From a virus (lineage: Duplodnaviria > Caudoviricetes), in the IMG/VR virus record IMGVR_UViG_3300030330_005471: 64,000 bases of DNA; one strand, written 5' to 3'. Numbering within the stretch: the first letter of the stretch is position 1; the number at the start of each line of letters is the position of its first letter. Of this stretch, positions 59,325-64,000 are shown piece after piece. The position numbers and the translations under genes were made by a program. Below the pieces are notes generated by a model. That model was not told where the DNA came from. It was given only the letters and a program-made list of their open reading frames with translations, and did no database searches.

Positions 59325-59762
59325 ATGTATAGAGACACATCAAATCGTTCTGGTGATAAGAACCAGACAATAGTTAAACTCGACCTCATTAACAAAGGTT
59401 GGATCATTCTAGAACCTAGTTCCAGAGACTCAATCTATGACTTAGTGGTTGATCGAGGAAACGGAATGTTTGAAAGAGTTCAGGTCAAAACAATGTCCAA
59501 CAACTCTATCTCTAAAATTATTGATCGCTCTGGTGAAAGAGTTAGTCATAATGGAAAAACAAGAAACTCGATGGATTATGCACAACATGGCATTGAATGG
59601 CTAGTTGGAGTTGATAAAGAGGGAAAAACTTACTACTATCATATCTCAAACTATTCAAAGATCCCAACCAAGTCATTCAGTGTTAATAAGTATAAACCTG
59701 ATTTGTTTCCAAAATTCGACGTTCCAAACAGACACTCGAAAAAAAATAAAAAAATAATTTGA
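59325..59762 (+). CDS. free-standing PD-(D/E)xK endonuclease
   Basis: YDLVVD...RVQVKT catalytic pattern; GGAG RBS. Confidence 0.75.
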   Translation: MYRDTSNRSGDKNQTIVKLDLINKGWIILEPSSRDSIYDLVVDRGNGMFERVQVKTMSNNSISKIIDRSGERVSHNGKTRNSMDYAQHGIEWLVGVDKEGKTYYYHISNYSKIPTKSFSVNKYKPDLFPKFDVPNRHSKKNKKII

Positions 59763-59785
59763 CAAACTTAACAAAGTATGTTATA
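59739..59785 (+). repeat. 47-bp exact direct repeat, copy 2
   Basis: Identical to 59257-59303; partial third copy from 59842. Confidence 0.95.
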
Positions 59786-59973
59786 TTATAAATACATTAA
59801 AAAACAAACCTTTATTAAGGTCGCTCTTACATCGCTAAAATAAAAAAAATAAAAAAATAATTTGACAAAATGTTGAAAACATGTTATAATAATAACACGA
59901 TGGTTGTTCTGGGAGGTCAACCGAAACTCAACTCTCAAAAACAATTGACATTAACATTATATAAGGAGGAAAT

Positions 59974-60240
59974 ATGTCTACAACTAATACTACTATCATC
60001 AACGCTAACGTTTACACCGGAAGCTTCACAAAGAAAGATGGAACTGTGCGTACAATGCGTTTCTTGAAAGAGAATGCTGTTCCACAACGTCTTCGAGGTT
60101 CTGGAGTAAAGCCACGCTATCTTGACTCAAAGCACGAAGTAGTCTTTGATCTTGACCAAAATGGGTGGAGAGTGTTCAATCACAATACAGTCATTGACTC
60201 ACCAACCTTCAGTAAAGAAGAAGTCACCATCCAAGGGTAG
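59974..60240 (+). CDS. small SH3-fold/WYL-like phage protein (DUF2693-like)
   Basis: F.KKDGTVR.M...VFDL...GWR.F pattern; AGGAGG RBS. Confidence 0.7.
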   Translation: MSTTNTTIINANVYTGSFTKKDGTVRTMRFLKENAVPQRLRGSGVKPRYLDSKHEVVFDLDQNGWRVFNHNTVIDSPTFSKEEVTIQG

Positions 60241-60251
60241 TAACACCTTAG

Positions 60252-60369
60252 TTGTTTGCCAAGATAACCAACGTTGGTAAAAAACTTGGCCCCTTATCTT
60301 CTTATTGGGGTACAAATAGAAGCGAACTCGGTTGGAGGTGATATTTAACCTTCTGCCTTAGACAAACAA
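60252..60369 (+). ncRNA. candidate structured RNA / 5' leader of SSB gene
   Basis: Nested complementary segments ttgtttg/caaacaa, gccaag/cttggc, acca/tggt, cccc/gggg, ggaggt/accttc. Confidence 0.4.
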
Positions 60370-60396
60370 GTCATTTAAATAACAAAAGGAGAAAAC

Positions 60397-61152
60397 ATGG
60401 CTATAAATTTAGAAGCAATGCGAGCTAAACTAAACGCAAGCAAAAACGGCGTGAAAGCCAAAAAAGATAATACGAAGTGGCGCCCGAAAGAAGGTGATCA
60501 AACCATTCGTATTCTGCCAACGAAAGATGGCGACCCTTTTAAGGAGTTTCACTTTCACTACAACGTAGGAAAGAATCCCGGAATCCTTTGCCCCAAAGCA
60601 AACCATGGAGAAGATTGTCCTATTTGCAACTTTGCCTCAACATTATGGAGAGATGGAGTTCAAAATAACGACGATACAGCGAAACGAGAAGCAAAGAAAT
60701 TGTTTGTTCGTAAGCGATACTTCTCACCTATCTTGGTTCGAGGTGAAGAGGATGAAGGTGTGCGAGTCTGGTCTTATGGCAAGATGGCATATGAAACTCT
60801 ACTCGGACTTGTATTAGACCCAGACTATGGTGATATTACAGACTCTGAGGCCGGCACCGATATAGTACTGAACTATAACGTCCCCGGTACACCCGGTTCT
60901 TTTCCAAAGACCATTCTTAAGCCTCGTAGACGACCATCGGTTTTGTGTGATGATGATGTCGCGGATTGCGAAGCTCTACTAGACTCTGTTCCTGATATCT
61001 CAGGTCTGTTTGAACGTAAGACCTCCGATCAAGTTCAAGCTATATTAGATGAATTTCTATCGAATGAGACCTCCTCCGAAGGTCGATCATCTGAAACAGA
61101 GAAGTATGGGACTGACGCAGTCAACGATGCTTTCGATAAGTTAATGAGTTAG
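60397..61152 (+). CDS. single-stranded DNA-binding protein (gp32-like)
   Basis: IRILP, H...CP...CPIC Zn site, DITD..G.D, acidic C-terminal tail. Confidence 0.85.
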   Translation: MAINLEAMRAKLNASKNGVKAKKDNTKWRPKEGDQTIRILPTKDGDPFKEFHFHYNVGKNPGILCPKANHGEDCPICNFASTLWRDGVQNNDDTAKREAKKLFVRKRYFSPILVRGEEDEGVRVWSYGKMAYETLLGLVLDPDYGDITDSEAGTDIVLNYNVPGTPGSFPKTILKPRRRPSVLCDDDVADCEALLDSVPDISGLFERKTSDQVQAILDEFLSNETSSEGRSSETEKYGTDAVNDAFDKLMS

Positions 61153-61164
61153 GAAACCGAAGCC

Positions 61165-61192
61165 TGCCCTCGGCGTTGTAGGGGGCATTTTT
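61165..61192 (+). terminator. intrinsic terminator
   Basis: tgccctc...gggggca stem plus T run. Confidence 0.7.
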
Positions 61193-61212
61193 ATCATTAT
61201 AAAGGAGACAAA

Positions 61213-61344
61213 ATGATATTATTTTCAGCACTTATGTTCGCTTGTGGCGACGAAGAAGAAGTAGTAGAACCAGCCGAAGAAGTGGTTGACTCTGCACAAG
61301 AAGGAGAAGATTCTTCAGCAGAATCTGAAGAACCTGCGGAATAA
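61213..61344 (+). CDS. 43-aa acidic lipoprotein
   Basis: AGGAG RBS; MILFSALMFA-C lipobox-like site followed by Glu-rich tail; missed by ORF track. Confidence 0.6.
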   Translation: MILFSALMFACGDEEEVVEPAEEVVDSAQEGEDSSAESEEPAE

Positions 61345-61383
61345 CGCACTAAAACCTCATAGTTATTAAAAAGAGGTATTTAT

Positions 61384-61932
61384 ATGGAAGTTTTAATAGT
61401 TTGTGGTTTGTTTTATTTGGGTTTAGTTTATGCTCAATTACTTGAATGGGTGATACATAAACATCTTTTACACAAACTAGGAAAAGATAAAAAGAACAAG
61501 TTTTTTGCTTATCATTTCTACGAACACCATAGGTCATCAAGAAACAATCTTTTCTACGATGAACCATCAACAAAAGAAACCCTTTCCCTTGCTTTTTTAG
61601 CATTTCTACATATACCAGTTTGGTTTATTTCCGTGCCACTTTTCTGTGGTACTATTGCCGGTGCTCTGAGATACTATTATGTTCATCGAAAGGCACATTT
61701 AGAACCTGAATGGTGTAGAAAACATTATCCTTGGCACTATGCTCACCATATGGCAATAACACAGGAAAAAAACTGGGGAGTTACCACGGATTTGTTTGAT
61801 AGAATATTTGGAACCCGATTGGTGTATGTCGGAACTGAGAAAGAAAAGAAAGATACACAAAGAAGAATCAACAGACTAAGTAAAAGGAGAAACAATGGGA
61901 GAACTGATTCAAATGAAAGCAGGAAAGATTAA
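61384..61932 (+). CDS. fatty acid hydroxylase/sterol desaturase family membrane enzyme
   Basis: His boxes HKHLLH, HFYEHH, HRKAH, HYAHH; NWGVT; TM segments. Confidence 0.8.
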   Translation: MEVLIVCGLFYLGLVYAQLLEWVIHKHLLHKLGKDKKNKFFAYHFYEHHRSSRNNLFYDEPSTKETLSLAFLAFLHIPVWFISVPLFCGTIAGALRYYYVHRKAHLEPEWCRKHYPWHYAHHMAITQEKNWGVTTDLFDRIFGTRLVYVGTEKEKKDTQRRINRLSKRRNNGRTDSNESRKD

Positions 61933-63010
61933 CATCAATGAGATGAAAAAGAAAATTAATAAGTCAATGGGCCTTGAAGCGGCTTTTGACCTAAGAGAGA
62001 AGAATCCAACAGAAGTAACTGATTGGATACCGACAGGCTCTCGCTGGCTAGACTCTATTATCTGTAAGGGTAAGATGGCTGGAATACCAATAGGAAAGAT
62101 CACCGAACTCGCTGGTCAATCCTCTGTCGGTAAGTCTTATATGGCAGTACAGATAGCGGCAAACGCTCAGAAGAAAGATATCTTCGTAGTGTACTTCGAC
62201 TCAGAGTCTGCCATTGACCCAATGTTCTTAGAAGAGTCAGGAATAGACTTAGATAATAACTGGATGTACGCTCAAGCTATTTCAGTTGAAAAGGTACTAG
62301 GAACAATACAAGATTTGTTGGATAACTATCCTGAACAAAGATTCTTGTTTATTTGGGACTCAATAGCAGCAACTGCTTGCGAGAAAGACATTGAAGGAAA
62401 CTTTAACCCACAAGCGACTATGGCTGTGAAGCCAAGGATACTTGGAAAAGGTTTTAGAAAACTTACACTACCACTAGCGAACCAACAGTGTGCTTTATTA
62501 CTTGTAAACCAACTCAAAACGAATATTACAACAAATATAGCAGAAGCACTGACTACTCCTTGGTTTGCACCCGGTGGGAAGGCGATTGAGTATATGTCTT
62601 CCCTACGAATCTGGCTTACCTCCAGAAAGTCCAAAGCTTCATTCGTTTTTGACGAAAGTGGACGGAGAGTGGGATCAGAAGTTAAGGCAAAGTTGAAGAA
62701 GTCGCGTTTTGGAACACAAGATCGAATGTGTGGCTTTCAGATACTTTGGGGTGATGGAATAGGCGTAATGGACGAAGAGTCTTGGCTTGAAGTCATCAAA
62801 CAGTCATCCTCCTATCGAGTTGGGGGAGGTTGGTGTTACCTTAAAGATCCGAAAGGAAAGGAGCACAAGTTCCGACAAAAAGAATGGAAAAAGAAACTTG
62901 AAGACGACAAGTTTAGAGAAATGGTCATCAAAATGATGGACTATGAACTGATCGAACAATTTGATAGTGGAAACTCAAATATCAAATTAGAAGGTGAAGA
63001 CGAAGAATAA
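61895..63010 (+). CDS. recA: RecA/UvsX recombinase
   Basis: IPTGS..LD, Walker A GQSSVGKS, FDSE, WDSIAA, VNQL, PGGKA. Confidence 0.92.
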   Translation: MGELIQMKAGKININEMKKKINKSMGLEAAFDLREKNPTEVTDWIPTGSRWLDSIICKGKMAGIPIGKITELAGQSSVGKSYMAVQIAANAQKKDIFVVYFDSESAIDPMFLEESGIDLDNNWMYAQAISVEKVLGTIQDLLDNYPEQRFLFIWDSIAATACEKDIEGNFNPQATMAVKPRILGKGFRKLTLPLANQQCALLLVNQLKTNITTNIAEALTTPWFAPGGKAIEYMSSLRIWLTSRKSKASFVFDESGRRVGSEVKAKLKKSRFGTQDRMCGFQILWGDGIGVMDEESWLEVIKQSSSYRVGGGWCYLKDPKGKEHKFRQKEWKKKLEDDKFREMVIKMMDYELIEQFDSGNSNIKLEGEDEE

Positions 63011-63035
63011 CAGCATGTAAGTTCTCCTATGTTGG

Positions 63036-63061
63036 CCCCCGACAAAGCGTCGGGGGTTTTT
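63036..63061 (+). terminator. intrinsic terminator
   Basis: cccccgac-aaagc-gtcggggg hairpin plus T run. Confidence 0.85.
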
Positions 63062-63108
63062 CGTTTGTTGAAAATCTACTTATATGATACAACTATGGAG
63101 GATTGTTA

Positions 63109-63372
63109 ATGCTGGATATTTTTTGGAATAAGATATGCAAAGATGCAGGAGTAACAACAAAAAAAGAAATACTCGAGATGGAAGGTCAAATAAAAAAACT
63201 TGAAAAAGAGATCTCAAACAGAAAGGAACTGATCGAGTTATTTGAAAAAGATCCAACAACTCTAAACAAGAAGCATATCGACAGACACATCATTGGCATC
63301 AAAAAAGCAGAAATGAAGATCGCCGAGATACAAAAAGAAATAAAAAACTGCAAAAAAGAATTTGACAAATAA
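63109..63372 (+). CDS. small coiled-coil hypothetical protein
   Basis: GGAGGA RBS, CTACTTA motif upstream. Confidence 0.55.
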   Translation: MLDIFWNKICKDAGVTTKKEILEMEGQIKKLEKEISNRKELIELFEKDPTTLNKKHIDRHIIGIKKAEMKIAEIQKEIKNCKKEFDK

Positions 63373-63389
63373 CTTAAACGTGTTATATT
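63362..63389 (+). promoter_or_regulatory. sigma70-type early promoter
   Basis: TTGACA-16nt-TATATT with TG extension. Confidence 0.7.
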
Positions 63390-63410
63390 ACATATACATT
63401 CGGAGGATAT

Positions 63411-64000
63411 ATGGATAACTACAATCTAGGTTATGCTTGTATTAACAAAAGCTTTTCGGAGCTTCCAAAGAAACAACGCATAACAACAAACCGTGGTATG
63501 ATAAGACGCACCTTTCTTGAGAAGGGTTTGCCTTACGTATCAGAACTGGCTTTGGCTAATTGCCAAGACCTATACAAAATACTACAATGGAACAAGAAGA
63601 ACGACATAAACTTTTTTCGTATGTCATCTGGTCTGTTTCCTTGGGGTTCGGAGTATGCATTTGAAGATCTACCAGATTACGAAGCAATCGCTGAAACCTT
63701 ATATGAATGCGGTCTTTTCGCTGCTGAGAACGACATTCGCATCACAACACATCCAGATCATTTCAACAAACTAACATCTCCAAAAGAGTCTGTGATTCTC
63801 AATACAATCAAGGACTTGGAACTACATGGTAGAATGTTTGACTTGATGTGCTTGGCAAACTCACCATATGCTAAGATTAACATACATGTCGGTGCAGCGT
63901 ATGATGACAAACAAATGGCTTTGGACAACTTCTGCAAAAACTTCAAAAGACTATCAGAATCTGTACAAAGTCGCCTGACAGTAGAGAATGACGACAAACC
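63411..64000 (+). CDS. uvsE: UV-damage endonuclease (partial, runs off window)
   Basis: Translated by eye: LGYACIN, FFRMSS.LFPW, TTHP, INIHVG, RLTVENDDK; GGAGG RBS. Confidence 0.9.
   Translation, partial: MDNYNLGYACINKSFSELPKKQRITTNRGMIRRTFLEKGLPYVSELALANCQDLYKILQWNKKNDINFFRMSSGLFPWGSEYAFEDLPDYEAIAETLYECGLFAAENDIRITTHPDHFNKLTSPKESVILNTIKDLELHGRMFDLMCLANSPYAKINIHVGAAYDDKQMALDNFCKNFKRLSESVQSRLTVENDDK

Larger units (their letters stand above)
59056..59890 (+). promoter_or_regulatory. array of five sigma70-type promoters
   Basis: TTGACA-17nt-TATAAT/TATTAT/TATATT at 59056, 59127, 59277, 59759, 59862, all with TG extension. Confidence 0.85.

Noticed and set aside
59056-59890. Repeats as a possible CRISPR array
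   Set aside because: Irregular spacing, repeats match promoter consensus, no cas genes
59870-60067. 65-aa ORF in the track
   Set aside because: Starts inside a promoter spacer, no RBS, overlaps the better-supported 59974 gene
63758-63997. Minus-strand 79-aa ORF
   Set aside because: Shadow of the plus-strand uvsE gene that runs off the window
1-64000. Alternative genetic code, introns/inteins, tRNA genes
   Set aside because: Standard code gives dense full-length genes; terminase, RecA and primase show no obvious insertions; no cloverleaf recognised by eye (tRNAscan not run)

Overview
The window is a 64-kb segment of a large, AT-rich, contractile-tailed (myovirus-type) dsDNA bacteriophage, distantly related to the T4-like phages. 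Essentially all real genes are on the + strand; the minus-strand ORFs look like shadows. It holds most of the virion module: baseplate/collar-type proteins, large terminase, portal, prohead protease, scaffold, major capsid, neck, sheath, two tube-like genes, a tail chaperone with a frameshift site, tape measure, baseplate proteins and several fibre/decoration proteins. Early replication and repair genes are interleaved: RuvC-like resolvase, primase, fused Mre11-Rad50, a minimal family-A polymerase, a tubulin/FtsZ-like protein, gp32-like SSB, RecA and UvsE. Auxiliary genes include ribosomal protein bS21, a fatty-acid hydroxylase/sterol desaturase, a HAD phosphatase and a GNAT-like protein. Two promoter classes are visible: consensus sigma70 boxes before replication genes and a CTAnTTA motif before structural genes. 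Best leads: (1) unrelated cargo proteins sharing an MKITxEQLxQIIKEE-type leader, possibly a modular capsid-loading system, with a 52-bp exact DNA repeat; (2) a five-promoter array around the tubulin gene and an endonuclease flanked by 47-bp direct repeats; (3) a +1/-2 tail-chaperone frameshift; (4) a 16-aa Cys-Cys micropeptide whose UGA is in frame with the prohead protease; (5) a structured RNA upstream of the SSB gene. All calls come from reading motifs and gene order; no searches were run.
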